This document shows, piece by piece, positions 1 to 10,597 of a stretch of DNA of 64,000 nt. The stretch is from positions 110,153-174,152 of the forward strand of contig DATCYZ010000033.1 in the NCBI GenBank assembly GCA_036526195.1, read 5' to 3'. The translations under genes and the position numbers were made by a program. Numbering within the stretch: position 1 is the stretch's first letter; the number at the start of each line of letters is the position of its first letter. The notes below the pieces were generated by a model. The model did no database searches. It was given only the letters and a program-made list of their open reading frames with translations, and had not been told where the DNA came from. The DNA comes from Burkholderiales bacterium (lineage in GTDB: Bacteria; Pseudomonadota; Gammaproteobacteria; Burkholderiales; SG8-39).

Positions 1-182
1 GCGGCGTAATAGGTGAGCCAGGCGAGCAGCACCGAAGCGATCTCGTCATACCAGACGAGCGCATGCCCCGCGGCGCGGAACACCACGCCGATGGTGACCT
101 CCGCGAAGAGGACCACCATCAGCGCGATGACGAGCCATTCCATCGCGCGCTCGAAGAGCGCACGGAGCCGGACGAGGGTCAC
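1..182 (-). CDS. dctQ: TRAP transporter small permease (DctQ family), 5' part; runs off the window edge
   Basis: Manual translation from GTG at 182: VTLVRLRALFERAMEWLVIALMVVLFAEVTIGVVFRAAGHALVWYDEIASVLLAWLTYYA, hydrophobic with the W-x-D/E-E motif; directly downstream of dctP. Confidence 0.8.
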   Translation of the reverse strand, partial: MTLVRLRALFERAMEWLVIALMVVLFAEVTIGVVFRAAGHALVWYDEIASVLLAWLTYYA

Positions 183-206
183 GCGTCGACGCTGCCGCCG
201 GGGCGC

Positions 207-1184
207 TTACTTGCCGAGCGCGATGGCGCGGTCGATGACTTCCTTCGCGCCCTTCACTTCGGCGGAGAAGGCCTCGTAGACCGGCTTCGACGCGGCGATG
301 AACGCGTCCTTGTCGGGCGTGTTCACCTGCATACCGGCGGCCTTCAGCTTGCCGAGCAGTTCGTCTTCCTGCTTCGCCGCCGTCTGGTAGACGAAGGCCT
401 GGGTGTCGCGCGCCGCCTTCTCCAGCGTGCCGCGCACGTCCGCAGGCAGGCTGGCCCACTTCTTTGCGCCGACGGTGGCGTAGGCCGGCGTGTAGACGTG
501 GCCGGTGAGCGAGAGAAACTTCTGCACTTCCTGGAACTTGGCGCTGTAGATCTGCGTAAACGGGTTTTCCTGCCCGTCCATCACGCCGGTCTGCAGCGCG
601 GTGAACACTTCGGAGAACTTCATCGGCGAGGGGTTCGCGCCGTAGGCCTGGAACATCTTCACGCGCCACTTGCCCTCGGGGGTGCGCAGCTTGATGCCCT
701 GCAGGTCCGCGGGCACGTTGATCGGGCGCTTGGAGTTCGTGATGTGGCGGTAGCCGTTCTCCCAGACTGCGATCACCTTCAGGCCCTTGGCCTCGGCCGC
801 CGGGGCGAGCGACTTCCAGAACACCTCTTTCTCGATTCGCGACATGTGCGCCCGGTCCTTCACCAGGTAGGGCATCTCGAAGATGCCGAACAGGTCGGCT
901 TCCGAGGACATGACGGTGGAGGGCAGCGCGATGTCGACGGTGCCGAGCTTCAACTTCTGCAGCAGTTCCTTGTCGCCGCCGAGCTGGCTGGAGCCGAACA
1001 CCACGACCTTGGCCTTGTTGCCGAGCGCGGCGTTTGCCTTCTTCGCGAATTCGTCCGCGGACAGGGCAAACAGCGAACCGGGTTCTGCGACGTGGCCGAA
1101 CTTGATCTCGGTCTGGGCCGCGGCGGACAGGCTGGCCGCCAGCAGGGAGGCCGCGATCGCGGCGCGCGTGAGTTGCTTTTTCAT
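207..1184 (-). CDS. dctP: TRAP transporter substrate-binding protein (DctP family)
   Basis: Signal peptide MKKQLTRAAIAASLLAASLSAAAQ; motifs ENGYRHITNSKRPI, GIKLRTP, ALQTGVMDGQENP; GAGGAG-type RBS upstream of ATG 1184. Confidence 0.93.
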   Translation of the reverse strand: MKKQLTRAAIAASLLAASLSAAAQTEIKFGHVAEPGSLFALSADEFAKKANAALGNKAKVVVFGSSQLGGDKELLQKLKLGTVDIALPSTVMSSEADLFGIFEMPYLVKDRAHMSRIEKEVFWKSLAPAAEAKGLKVIAVWENGYRHITNSKRPINVPADLQGIKLRTPEGKWRVKMFQAYGANPSPMKFSEVFTALQTGVMDGQENPFTQIYSAKFQEVQKFLSLTGHVYTPAYATVGAKKWASLPADVRGTLEKAARDTQAFVYQTAAKQEDELLGKLKAAGMQVNTPDKDAFIAASKPVYEAFSAEVKGAKEVIDRAIALGK

Positions 1185-1222
1185 GGTGTCGTCCTCTCCT
1201 CGTTGAATTCGGTCGGCGGCAC

Positions 1223-2416
1223 TCAGGCGGCCGCGCGGGTGCTCTTGCGGTGGCCCTCGGCGAGATACGCGAGCGCCGCGGCCACGCCTTCCTGCTTCAC
1301 CGGCACGCCGGCGAGCCCAAGGCCCATTTCCACGCCGGCAAGCGTGCCGGCGAGCGTCAGATCGTTGAAGTGGCCGAGGTGGCCGATGCGGAACACCTTG
1401 CCGGCGAGCTTGCCCAGGCCGGTGCCGAGCGACATGTCGAAGGCGTCCAGGATGACCGCGCGCACATGGTCCGCGTCCTGTCCCGCGGGCAGCAGCACGG
1501 CGGTGAGCGATCCCGAGACCTCGCGCGGGTCGAGCGCAAGCACTTCCAGCCCCCAGGCGCGCACCGCGCGCCGTGTCGCCTCGCCGTGCCGCGCGTGGCG
1601 GGCGAAGACGTTCTCCAGCCCTTCTTCCTCCAGCATGGCGAGCGCCTCGCGCAAGCCGTAGAGCAGGTTGGTGGCCGGGGTGTAGGGAAAATAGCCGGTT
1701 TTGCCGCTGGCGAGCATCTCGTCCCATGCCCAGTAGCTGCGCGGCAGGCGCGCGGTCTTTGAGGCCTCGAGGGCGCGCGGCGAGATGCAGTTGAACGACA
1801 GCCCCGGCGGCAGCATCAGGCCCTTTTGCGAGCCGGCGACGGTGACATCGACCCCCCACTCGTCGTGGCGGTAGTCGATCGAGGCGAGCGAGGAGATGGT
1901 GTCGACCATCAGCAGCGCCGGGTGGCCGGCGGCGTCGATCGCTTTGCGCACCTCCGCGATGCGCGAGACCACCCCGGTCGAGGTTTCGTTGTGCACCACG
2001 CAGACCGCGCGAATGTCCTTTTGCGCGTCGGCGCGCAGGCGCTTCTCGATCGCGTCCGGGTCGGCGCCGTGGCGCCAGTCGCCGGGCAGGAACTCGGTCT
2101 TCAGGCCGAGACGCGTGGCGAGCTTGTTCCACAGCGCGGCGAACTGCCCGGTCTCGCACATCAGCACCTGGTCCCCGGGCGAGAGCGTGTTGACCAGGGC
2201 GGACTCCCAGGCCCCGGTGCCCGATGCGGGATAGATCACCACTTCGCCGCGCGTCGAACGAAACACCTTCTTCATGCCGGCGAGGCAGGCCTTGCCGAGG
2301 TCGGCGAATTCCGGGCCGCGGTGGTCCATGGTCGGGAAGTCGATCGCCCGCAGCACCCGGTCCGGGACATTGGTCGGGCCGGGGATCTGCAGGAAATGGC
2401 GTCCGGTGTGGGTCAT
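1223..2416 (-). CDS. Class V PLP aminotransferase, serine/alanine-glyoxylate aminotransferase family
   Basis: MTHTGRHFLQIPGPTNVPDRV, DHRGPEF, SGTGAWE, VHNETSTG, VDTISS, GSQKGLMLPPG (PLP lysine), FRIGHLG. Confidence 0.92.
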   Translation of the reverse strand: MTHTGRHFLQIPGPTNVPDRVLRAIDFPTMDHRGPEFADLGKACLAGMKKVFRSTRGEVVIYPASGTGAWESALVNTLSPGDQVLMCETGQFAALWNKLATRLGLKTEFLPGDWRHGADPDAIEKRLRADAQKDIRAVCVVHNETSTGVVSRIAEVRKAIDAAGHPALLMVDTISSLASIDYRHDEWGVDVTVAGSQKGLMLPPGLSFNCISPRALEASKTARLPRSYWAWDEMLASGKTGYFPYTPATNLLYGLREALAMLEEEGLENVFARHARHGEATRRAVRAWGLEVLALDPREVSGSLTAVLLPAGQDADHVRAVILDAFDMSLGTGLGKLAGKVFRIGHLGHFNDLTLAGTLAGVEMGLGLAGVPVKQEGVAAALAYLAEGHRKSTRAAA

Positions 2417-2492
2417 GGCGTCGTCAGCTTTTGAATGCGTAAATGTAAGTTGTGCGCAACATACGGGCAAGCAATTGCGCAGCGGGCTGGTT

Positions 2493-2513
2493 TTTTGTAT
2501 TCTGCATACAAAA
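2493..2513. promoter_or_regulatory. Putative GntR operator (inverted repeat) in the divergent aminotransferase/gntR promoter region
   Basis: TTTTGTAT-tctgc-ATACAAAA, perfect 8-bp arms, AT-rich in a GC-rich background, overlapping the gntR ATG. Confidence 0.65.
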
Positions 2514-3235
2514 TGAAGACCGTGCAAGACATCGAAGCCGATCTTTCTGTCGCAGCCAGGGCGGGACCCCGGATCCCCGCCATCCGTCGGCGGCCCCTGC
2601 ACGAGGAGGTCGTCGACCGCCTGCGCGACCAGATCGTGCACGGCGACCTCGCCCCGGGCACCCGGTTGAACGAGCGCGTCCTGACCGCGGAATTCGCGAT
2701 CTCCCGCACCCCCTTGCGCGAGGCGATCAAGCTGCTGGCCACAGAAGGGCTGGTCGAACTGCTGCCGAACCGCGGCGCGATCGTTGCCGAAGTCGATCCG
2801 CGACGCCTGTCGCAGACGCTTGAGGTGATGGGGGCGCTCGAAAGCCTGGCTGGCGAACTCGCCTGCCGACAGGCGAGCGCCGGGCAGATTGCCGAGATCC
2901 GTGCCCTGCACTACGAGATGCTGGCGATGCACGCGCGCGGCGACCTCGCTGGCTATTTCCGCTTCAACCAGGCGATCCACATCAAGCTGGTCGAGGCTTC
3001 GGGCAACGCGGTGCTGGCCCAGAGCTACCGCCAGCTGAACGCCAACGTGCGGCGCGCGCGCTACATGGCGAACCTGTCGCGCGAGCGCTGGGACACGGCG
3101 GTGCGCGAGCACGAGGCGATCCTCGCGGCGCTGGCGGCGCGCGACGCGCCCCGCCTGCAGACGTTGCTGCGCGAGCACCTTGCCGGCAAGGTGGCTTCGG
3201 TACTCGGCGCGCTCGGACGCAAAGAGGCGGCGTGA
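2513..3235 (+). CDS. GntR-family (FadR/FCD) transcriptional regulator
   Basis: LRDQIVHGDLAPGTRLNERVLTAEFAISRTPLREAIKLL winged HTH; FCD motifs NQAIH and EHEAILAAL. Confidence 0.93.
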   Translation: MKTVQDIEADLSVAARAGPRIPAIRRRPLHEEVVDRLRDQIVHGDLAPGTRLNERVLTAEFAISRTPLREAIKLLATEGLVELLPNRGAIVAEVDPRRLSQTLEVMGALESLAGELACRQASAGQIAEIRALHYEMLAMHARGDLAGYFRFNQAIHIKLVEASGNAVLAQSYRQLNANVRRARYMANLSRERWDTAVREHEAILAALAARDAPRLQTLLREHLAGKVASVLGALGRKEAA

Positions 3236-6165
3236 ACGCGCCTGCGGTGCCGGTCGGGTTTCTGCGGGCAGCGGGCGCGCATTCGTCGCTGGCCGCGCGC
3301 CTCGCGCGCGAAGTGGACGGCGAGGTGCTGTTCGACGCGGCGAGCCGCGGCCGCTATGCCACGGACGCCTCGATCTACCAGGTCGATCCCGTCGGCGTGG
3401 TGGTGCCGCGCAGCGAAGACGCGGCGCGCACCGCGATTGCCATCGCGCTCGAGGCCGGCGTGCCGGTGCTGCCGCGCGGCGCCGGCACCTCGCAATGCGG
3501 CCAGACCGTGGGCGCGGCGCTGGTCATCGACGATTCGAAGCACCTGAACGCCCTGCTCGAGTTCGACGTCGCCAGCCGCAGCGCGGTGGTGCAACCCGGC
3601 ATGGTGCTCGACCGGCTGAACGCGCAGTTGCGCGCGCACGGCCTGTGGTTCCCGGTGGATGTGTCCACCTCGGCCCAGGCCACGCTCGGCGGCATGGCGG
3701 GCAACAATTCCTGCGGCTCACGCTCGATCGTCTACGGCAACATGGTGCACAACGTGCAGGCCATCGAGGCGTTCACCGCGACCGGCGAGCGCTGGACCTT
3801 CGGCCCGATGGATGCGGGCGGCGGGCCGACCGGGTATCGCGACCTCGTGACCCGGCTGCAGGCGCTCTACCAGCGCGATAAGGACGAGATCGATACACGC
3901 TTTCCGAAGGTGCTGCGCAAGGTGGCGGGCTACAACCTCGACCACCTCGGGCCGCCGCACGCGAACGCCGCCCACCTGCTGGTCGGCTCCGAGGGCACGC
4001 TGGCGTGGTTCGAGCGGCTGCACCTGAAGCTCGCGCCGCTGCCGGCGCAACGCGTGCTCGGCGTGGTGCACTTCGCGAAGTTCCACGACGCCATGGACCT
4101 GACGCAGCACATCGTCAGGCTCGGACCCTCGGCGGTCGAACTGGTCGACCGCACCATGATCGGCCTGGCGCGCCAGATCGCCGCGTTTCGCAAGACGGTC
4201 GAAGCGACGATCCGCGGCGAACCGGACGCCATCCTGCTGGTGGAGTTCGCCGGCGAGGACCACGCCGCGCAGGTGGCGCGCCTGAAGTCGCTGGTGCAGC
4301 TGATGGGCGACCTCGGCCAGCCGGGGAGCGTGGTCGAAGTGACCGAGGCGGCGCTCCAGAAGGACATCTGGGAGGTGCGCAAGGCGGGCCTCAACATCAT
4401 GATGTCGATGAAGGGCGACGGCAAGCCGGTGTCGTTCATCGAGGATTGCGCAGTGCCGCTCGAGCACCTCGCCGAGTACACCGACCGGCTCACGCAGGTG
4501 TTCGAGAAGCACGGCACGCGCGGCACCTGGTATGCGCACGCCTCGGTGGGCACGCTGCACGTGCGCCCGGTGCTCGACATGCGTCGCGACGGCGCGCAGA
4601 AGATGCGCGCGATCGCCGAGGAGGCGAGCGCCCTGGTGCGGCAGTACAAGGGGGCGTACTCGGGCGAGCACGGCGACGGCTTGGTGCGCTCGGAATGGAT
4701 CGCGCCGTTCTTCGGTCCGCGGCTCACCGCGGCGCTCAGCGAGATCAAGTCCTGGCTGGACCCGAAGGGCCTGATGAACCCGGGCAAGATCGTCGACCCG
4801 CCGAAGATGGACGACGCGCGCCTGTTCCGTTTTCCGCCCGGGTACGCCGCGCCCGCGCCCGCGCCGGCGCTCGACTGGTCCGCGTGGGAGGTGGATGCGG
4901 TCGATCGCGGACAGGGCTTCGCCAAGGCGGTCGAGATGTGCAACAACAACGGCACCTGCCGCAAGTTCGACGCCGGCACCATGTGCCCGTCGTTCCGCGC
5001 CACCGGCGACGAGCAGCACCTGACGCGCGGCCGCGCCAACACGCTGCGCCTCGCGCTGTCCGGACAGCTCGGCGCCGAAGGCCTGACCGGGCCGGAGGTC
5101 AGGGCGGCGATGGACCTTTGCGTGTCGTGCAAGGGCTGCCGGCGCGAGTGTCCCGCGGGCGTCGACATGGCGCGCATGAAGGTCGAGTTCAAGGCGCAAT
5201 GGCGTGCGCGTCACGGCGCGTCGCTGCGCGAGCGGGCGGTGGCCTACCTGCCGCGCTACGCCCATTGGTCGGCCAAGCTCGCGCCGCTGGCGAATTTCGC
5301 GCAGGACGCGGCCCGCGGTCTGCTCGGCTTCACGACCCAACGGCGATTGCCGCGCTGGCGCCGCGACCGCTTCGTGGATCCCGCGGCGCCCAAGCGCGGC
5401 AGCGGCGAAGTGGTGCTGCTGGTGGACACCTTCAATCGCTATTTCGACCCCGAGAACGTGCGCGCCGCGATCCGGGTGCTGCAGGCCGCGGGACGGCGGG
5501 TGCACGTCGCCGAGCCGGTGCGCGGCGGCCGGCCGCTGTGCTGCGGGCGAACCTTTCTTTCGGCGGGCATGGTGGACGAGGCGCGCGCGGAGGCGCGTCG
5601 CATGCTCGAGGCGCTGAACCCCTGGGTGACGCGCGGCCTGCCGGTCCTCGGGCTGGAGCCCTCGTGCCTGTTCACGCTGAGGGATGAACTTGCCGCCCTG
5701 CTGCCCGGGGCGGCGGCGAACGCCGTGGGGGCACAGGCAATGCTGTTCGAGGAGTACATCGCCCGCGAAATCGATGCCGGGCGTTTCGCGCTCGAGTTGA
5801 AGCCGCTCCCGGGCGAGATCCTGCTGCACGGCCATTGCCACCAGAAGGCCTTCGGCGCGATGGGCGCGGTGGAGAAGGTGCTGCGCCTGGTGCCCGGCCT
5901 CACGGTGCGCACGGTCGAATCGAGCTGCTGCGGCATGGCCGGGTCCTTCGGCTACGAGGCCGAACATTTCGAGATGTCGATGAAGATGGGCGAGGCGGCG
6001 CTCCTGCCCGCGGTGCGCGCCGCGGCACCGGAGGTGCGCATCGTCGCCGACGGCACCAGTTGTCGGCACCAGATTGCCGACGGCACGGGGCGCCAAGCCC
6101 TGCACGTTGCGCGCGTCCTCGAACAATCCCTCGTCCGACCCGACCCCACAGGAGTTACCCCATGA
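3232..6165 (+). CDS. FAD-binding / Fe-S oxidoreductase (GlcD-GlcF fusion type, 2-hydroxyacid dehydrogenase-like)
   Basis: YATDASIY, PRGAGTSQCGQ, GSEGTL, SGEHGDG, CNNNGTCR, CVSCKGCRRECP, CCG domains (LCCGR, HGHCHQ, SCCGMAG). Confidence 0.92.
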   Translation: MNAPAVPVGFLRAAGAHSSLAARLAREVDGEVLFDAASRGRYATDASIYQVDPVGVVVPRSEDAARTAIAIALEAGVPVLPRGAGTSQCGQTVGAALVIDDSKHLNALLEFDVASRSAVVQPGMVLDRLNAQLRAHGLWFPVDVSTSAQATLGGMAGNNSCGSRSIVYGNMVHNVQAIEAFTATGERWTFGPMDAGGGPTGYRDLVTRLQALYQRDKDEIDTRFPKVLRKVAGYNLDHLGPPHANAAHLLVGSEGTLAWFERLHLKLAPLPAQRVLGVVHFAKFHDAMDLTQHIVRLGPSAVELVDRTMIGLARQIAAFRKTVEATIRGEPDAILLVEFAGEDHAAQVARLKSLVQLMGDLGQPGSVVEVTEAALQKDIWEVRKAGLNIMMSMKGDGKPVSFIEDCAVPLEHLAEYTDRLTQVFEKHGTRGTWYAHASVGTLHVRPVLDMRRDGAQKMRAIAEEASALVRQYKGAYSGEHGDGLVRSEWIAPFFGPRLTAALSEIKSWLDPKGLMNPGKIVDPPKMDDARLFRFPPGYAAPAPAPALDWSAWEVDAVDRGQGFAKAVEMCNNNGTCRKFDAGTMCPSFRATGDEQHLTRGRANTLRLALSGQLGAEGLTGPEVRAAMDLCVSCKGCRRECPAGVDMARMKVEFKAQWRARHGASLRERAVAYLPRYAHWSAKLAPLANFAQDAARGLLGFTTQRRLPRWRRDRFVDPAAPKRGSGEVVLLVDTFNRYFDPENVRAAIRVLQAAGRRVHVAEPVRGGRPLCCGRTFLSAGMVDEARAEARRMLEALNPWVTRGLPVLGLEPSCLFTLRDELAALLPGAAANAVGAQAMLFEEYIAREIDAGRFALELKPLPGEILLHGHCHQKAFGAMGAVEKVLRLVPGLTVRTVESSCCGMAGSFGYEAEHFEMSMKMGEAALLPAVRAAAPEVRIVADGTSCRHQIADGTGRQALHVARVLEQSLVRPDPTGVTP

Positions 6166-7268
6166 GCACCGAACCGTCTGGACCAAAGGCGCCAGGGGCT
6201 GGCAGTTCATCGCCTGGCAGTCGACCAGGCTCGGCGGCTGAACGATCGCGCATGGACGGAGCACTGCTCGCCGCCGACGAAGCCGCCGCCTGGCGCGGCG
6301 AAGATCTCGCCGACCCTGCGGTCTGGACGCGCACGCTTGCCGGTCCGCAGATCGCCGAACTCGACGCTGCGATCGCCGGCGTTGAGGCCCGCGGCACGCC
6401 GCTGTTCGATGTCGCGAAGACCGACTTCCCGCTCCCCGGGCTGCGCGCGCTCGTCGAGGAGATTCTCGAAGCGATGGAAAGCGGCCTGGGGTTCGTGCGC
6501 CTGCGCGGTCTGCCGGTCGTGCGCTGGGGTGAAACGCGCAGCAGGCTCGCGCTGTGGGGCCTCGGCAGGCACCTCGGATTTGCCGAAGCGCAGGACGGCG
6601 CCGGCAGCCTGCTGCACGACGTGCGCGACATCGGGCGCAAGTTCGGCTCCGACGACCAGATCCGCTACTTCCAGACCAACCAGCCGATCGAATTCCACAA
6701 CGACGGCGCCGACATCTTCGCGCTCGCCTGCCTGCGCGCCGGCCTGAGCGGCGGCCGCAGTCGTCTGGTGAGCGCGGTCGAGGTGTTCCGGGAACTTGCG
6801 CGGCGCCGCCCCGATCTCGCCGCGGTACTGCAGCAGCCGTTTCATTTCGATGCGCGCGGCCAGCATCCGCGCGGCCTGCGCTGCCAGGAGATCCCGGTCG
6901 TCTCGATTCACCTCGGGCGGTTCAGCATCGTCAAGAAAACGCACTACATCGTTTCGGCGCAGCGTTTCGAAGACGTGCCGCGCCTCAGCGCCGCGCAACA
7001 GGAAGCGCTCGCGCTGCTCGATGCGATTCCCGAGGAGCCCGGCATGGCGCTCGAATTCGACCTCGCGCCCGGCGACGTGCTGATCGCTTCCAACCACGTC
7101 ACGCTGCACGGGCGCACCGCGTTTTCCGACGATGCGGCGCCGGGACAGCACCGCCACATGCTGCGCCTCTGGCTCACCATTGCGAACGGCCGGGCGCTGC
7201 CGCCGCACTATGCGGACACGCGCGAGTTCTGCACCACTTGGGCGCGGCGCGTAGCACCGCGGGCCTGA
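6162..7268 (+). CDS. TauD/TfdA-family Fe(II)/2-oxoglutarate dioxygenase
   Basis: H-x-D (FHNDGAD), GGRSRLVS, distal His (NHVTLHGRT), RHMLRLWL; ATGA overlap with upstream gene and GGAG RBS; start could be ATG 6252. Confidence 0.85.
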   Translation: MSTEPSGPKAPGAGSSSPGSRPGSAAERSRMDGALLAADEAAAWRGEDLADPAVWTRTLAGPQIAELDAAIAGVEARGTPLFDVAKTDFPLPGLRALVEEILEAMESGLGFVRLRGLPVVRWGETRSRLALWGLGRHLGFAEAQDGAGSLLHDVRDIGRKFGSDDQIRYFQTNQPIEFHNDGADIFALACLRAGLSGGRSRLVSAVEVFRELARRRPDLAAVLQQPFHFDARGQHPRGLRCQEIPVVSIHLGRFSIVKKTHYIVSAQRFEDVPRLSAAQQEALALLDAIPEEPGMALEFDLAPGDVLIASNHVTLHGRTAFSDDAAPGQHRHMLRLWLTIANGRALPPHYADTREFCTTWARRVAPRA

Positions 7269-7286
7269 GCGGGGAGTGTCTGAAGC

Positions 7287-8063
7287 CTATCGGGCGCGGA
7301 CGCTCCAGCGAAAGAGCGCAATTCCGGCCAGGATCATCGGCAGGCTCAGCCACTGCCCCATCGACAGGCCGAGCGCGACCAGGCCGAGGAAGGCATCGGG
7401 TTCGCGCGCGAACTCGGCGAGAAAGCGGAACGCGCCGTAGCCGATCAGGAAGACCGCCGAGACCTGCGCGCGCGGGCGCGCTCGCGCGGAGAACCACCAC
7501 AGGAGTGCGAACAGCGCGAGGCCTTCGCCGGCGAACTGGTAGAGCTGCGACGGGTGCCGCGGCAGCGGCCCGGCGCCGTGGAACACCATGCCCCAGGCGA
7601 CGTCGGTTGCGCGCCCCCACAACTCGCCGTTGATGAAGTTGCCCAGCCGCCCGGCGGCAAGCCCGAGCGGCACCAGCGGCGCGACGAAGTCCATCACGCG
7701 CCACCAGTCGAGCCGGTGGCGCCGGGCAACGAACCACATCGCCACCAGCACGCCGAGGAAGCCGCCGTGGAAGGCCATGCCGCCGTGCCAGATGGCGAGC
7801 GCCTCGAGGGGGTGCGCGGCGTAGTACGCGGGCTTGTAAAACAGCACGTAGCCGAGGCGCCCGCCGAGAATCACGCCGAGCACGCCGAAAAACAGCAGGT
7901 CGTCGAAGTGCTCGCGCGTCACCGGCGCGCGGCCGGCCGCGATGCGGCGCGTGCCGAGCCACCAGAAGGCGCCGAAGGCGATGAGGTACATGAGCCCGTA
8001 CCAGCGGATCGCGACCGGGCCGAGGGCGATCGCGACGGGATCGAAGTTCGGGTGAACCAGCAT
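7287..8063 (-). CDS. lgt: Prolipoprotein diacylglyceryl transferase
   Basis: [42 protein letters not shown]. Confidence 0.97.
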   Translation of the reverse strand: MLVHPNFDPVAIALGPVAIRWYGLMYLIAFGAFWWLGTRRIAAGRAPVTREHFDDLLFFGVLGVILGGRLGYVLFYKPAYYAAHPLEALAIWHGGMAFHGGFLGVLVAMWFVARRHRLDWWRVMDFVAPLVPLGLAAGRLGNFINGELWGRATDVAWGMVFHGAGPLPRHPSQLYQFAGEGLALFALLWWFSARARPRAQVSAVFLIGYGAFRFLAEFAREPDAFLGLVALGLSMGQWLSLPMILAGIALFRWSVRAR

Positions 8064-8130
8064 CGAAGGCGTCGTTCGCGAGGTTAGAATCCTTTGCTCG
8101 GATTAAAACACAGCAGGAGAAGGAGCCGTC

Positions 8131-9813
8131 ATGGCAGACAACCGCCGATCCCGTCTCATCACGCAGGGCGTCGCCCGCTCGCCGAACCGCGCCATGCTGC
8201 GCGCCGTGGGTTTTCGCGACGGCGATTTCGAAAAGCCCATCATCGGCGTGGCCAACGGCCATTCGACGATGAACCCGTGCAACGCCGGCATCCAGCCGCT
8301 GGTCGACCGCGCCATGGCGGCGCTCGAGCGCGCCGGCGGCAAGCCGCAGGTGTTCGGCGTGCCGACGATTACCGACGGCATCGGCATGGGCACCGAGGCG
8401 ATGAAGTACTCGCTGGTTTCCCGCGAGGTGATCGCCGACGCGATCGAGACCTCGGTCAACGGGCAGGCCATGGACGGCGTGCTGGTGGTCGGCGGCTGCG
8501 ACAAGAACATGCCCGGGGGCATGATGGCGATCGCGCGCATGAACGTGCCCGCGATCTACGTCTACGCCGGCACCATCAGGCCCGGACGCTGGAAGGGCCA
8601 GGACCTGACCATCGTCTCGGCCTTCGAGGCCGTAGGCGCGTTCGCCGCCGGCAAGATGTCGAAGCAGGATTTCATCGGCATCGAGAAGAACGCCTGTCCC
8701 TCAGTGGGCGCCTGCGGCGGCATGTACACCGCCAACACCATGTCGTCGTCTTTCGAGGCGCTCGGCATGAGCCTGTTGGGCTCCTCGCAGCTCGCTTCGC
8801 CGGATGCGGAAAAGGCGGATTCCGCCGCGGAATCGGCGAAGGTGCTGCTCGCCGCGGTGCACGCCAACCTGCGTCCGCGCGACATCATCACCAGGAAGTC
8901 GATCGAAAACGCCATCGCCCTTGTCATGGCCACCGGCGGCTCGACCAACGCGGTGCTGCATTACCTCGCCATTGCGTCGGCCGCCAACGTGAAGTGGACC
9001 ATCGACGATTTCGAGCGCATCCGCCGCAAGGTGCCGGTGCTGTGCGACCTGAAGCCCTCCGGGCGCTACGTCGCGGTCGATTTCCATCGCGCAGGCGGCG
9101 TGCCGCAGGTGCTCAAGATCCTGCTTGCCAACGGCGTGCTGCACGGCGATTGCATGACCATCCATGGCAAGACCATGGCGCAGATGCTGCGCAACATTCC
9201 GGCCAGGCCGCGCGCCGACCAGGACGTGATCCGTCCCTGGTCTAGGCCGATGTACGCGGAAGGGCACCTCGCCATCCTGAAGGGCAACCTGTCGCCCGAA
9301 GGCTGCGTGGCGAAGATCACCGGCCTGAAGAAGACCTCGATCACCGGCCCGGCGCGGGTGTTCGATTCCGAGGTCGCCTGCATGAAGGCGATCATGGCCA
9401 AGAAGATCAAGGCCGGCGACGTCGTCGTGATCCGCTACGAGGGCCCGAAAGGCGGCCCCGGAATGCAGGAAATGTTGGCGCCCACTTCCGCATTGATCGG
9501 CCAGGGACTTGGGGATTCTGTCGGGCTCATCACGGACGGGCGGTTCTCCGGGGGCACTTGGGGCATGGTGGTCGGGCACGTCTCGCCCGAGGCGTACGTG
9601 GGCGGCATGATCGGGCTGGTGAACGAGGGCGACTCGATCACCATCGATGCGAAGAAGCGCCTGCTGCGGCTCAACGTGCCGGCGAAGACGATAGCTGCAC
9701 GGCGCAGGAAATGGAAGGCGCCAAGGCCGCGCTACACCCGCGGCCTGCTCGGCAAGTACATGCGGCTGGTGAGTACCGCCTCGAAGGGCGCGATCACCGA
9801 CTCAGAAGCCTGA
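8131..9813 (+). CDS. ilvD: Dihydroxy-acid dehydratase
   Basis: [61 protein letters not shown]. Confidence 0.97.
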   Translation: MADNRRSRLITQGVARSPNRAMLRAVGFRDGDFEKPIIGVANGHSTMNPCNAGIQPLVDRAMAALERAGGKPQVFGVPTITDGIGMGTEAMKYSLVSREVIADAIETSVNGQAMDGVLVVGGCDKNMPGGMMAIARMNVPAIYVYAGTIRPGRWKGQDLTIVSAFEAVGAFAAGKMSKQDFIGIEKNACPSVGACGGMYTANTMSSSFEALGMSLLGSSQLASPDAEKADSAAESAKVLLAAVHANLRPRDIITRKSIENAIALVMATGGSTNAVLHYLAIASAANVKWTIDDFERIRRKVPVLCDLKPSGRYVAVDFHRAGGVPQVLKILLANGVLHGDCMTIHGKTMAQMLRNIPARPRADQDVIRPWSRPMYAEGHLAILKGNLSPEGCVAKITGLKKTSITGPARVFDSEVACMKAIMAKKIKAGDVVVIRYEGPKGGPGMQEMLAPTSALIGQGLGDSVGLITDGRFSGGTWGMVVGHVSPEAYVGGMIGLVNEGDSITIDAKKRLLRLNVPAKTIAARRRKWKAPRPRYTRGLLGKYMRLVSTASKGAITDSEA

Positions 9814-10410
9814 GCCGGGCAGCGCCAGGAAGGCGATCTCCTCGGGCGTGCTGGCGCGCCCGAGGGCCTTGTTGCGGTGCGGAAAACGCCTGAACCGCCG
9901 AATGATCACCAGGTGGGCCTCGGCCCACTTCGGCAGGTCCTCGCAGCCGGGGAAGTGCGCGATCGAGCGCATCAGGTCCAGGCAACGCTGCTGGTCGGGC
10001 AGCGATTCCGAGTGTTCGAAGGGCAGGTAGGCGAACTGGCGCTCGCGGGGCAGCATCTGCCGGTCGTAGCCGGCGTCGAGCGCATGCTGCGCAGCATTTT
10101 TCGCCAGCGGGTCCGCCGCAAAGGCGCGGGCCGAATCGCGGTACAGGTTGCGCGGGAACTGGTCGAGCACGAGGATGCGCGCAAGGCAATCCCCGGGCGC
10201 CGCCAGCCAATCGGTGTGCGCGCCGCCTGAAACCGCCTCGACCAGCGCGCCGAAGCGCGTGCGGATTTCCGCGTCGAACGCCGGGTCCTTCCTGAACCAG
10301 CGTGCGTCCGCCTTGCCGTAGGCGTCGCCCGCGCCGAACCAGAAGCGCAGCACCGCTGCGGCCTCGGGGTTGGTGCATTCACCGGGTCGGTACATGGATT
10401 CCGGGCTCAC
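9802..10410 (-). CDS. DUF924 family protein
   Basis: [57 protein letters not shown]; start uncertain (GTG 10410 or a downstream ATG). Confidence 0.9.
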   Translation of the reverse strand: MSPESMYRPGECTNPEAAAVLRFWFGAGDAYGKADARWFRKDPAFDAEIRTRFGALVEAVSGGAHTDWLAAPGDCLARILVLDQFPRNLYRDSARAFAADPLAKNAAQHALDAGYDRQMLPRERQFAYLPFEHSESLPDQQRCLDLMRSIAHFPGCEDLPKWAEAHLVIIRRFRRFPHRNKALGRASTPEEIAFLALPGSGF

Positions 10411-10420
10411 TTGAGAGAAA

Positions 10421-10433
10421 GGGGTCAGACCCC
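10421..10433. repeat. Short REP-like palindrome GGGGTCAGACCCC
   Basis: Intergenic GGGGTC-A-GACCCC; single copy seen in the window. Confidence 0.35.
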
Positions 10434-10597
10434 ATTATCCGCGACCAGCCGATGCCGGACGCTTCGCCATGCGCGGAGTATCGCAATCTGCGATGGGTGA
10501 CGGGCGCAAACACCTTCACCTGCACAGGGCGCGACGGTATCATTCGCGCTTTCCCGCACGCTTGTTTTCAACCGTTGCACTGTTTCGGAGAGAAGCC

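Noticed and set aside
3718..6264. Long antisense and alternate-frame ORFs (e.g. 3718-6264, 33699-35816, 47284-49845, 51633-54044, 58445-61132)
   Set aside because: Shadow ORFs expected in high-GC DNA; they overlap well-supported genes and show Arg/Ala/Gly-rich, motif-free sequence
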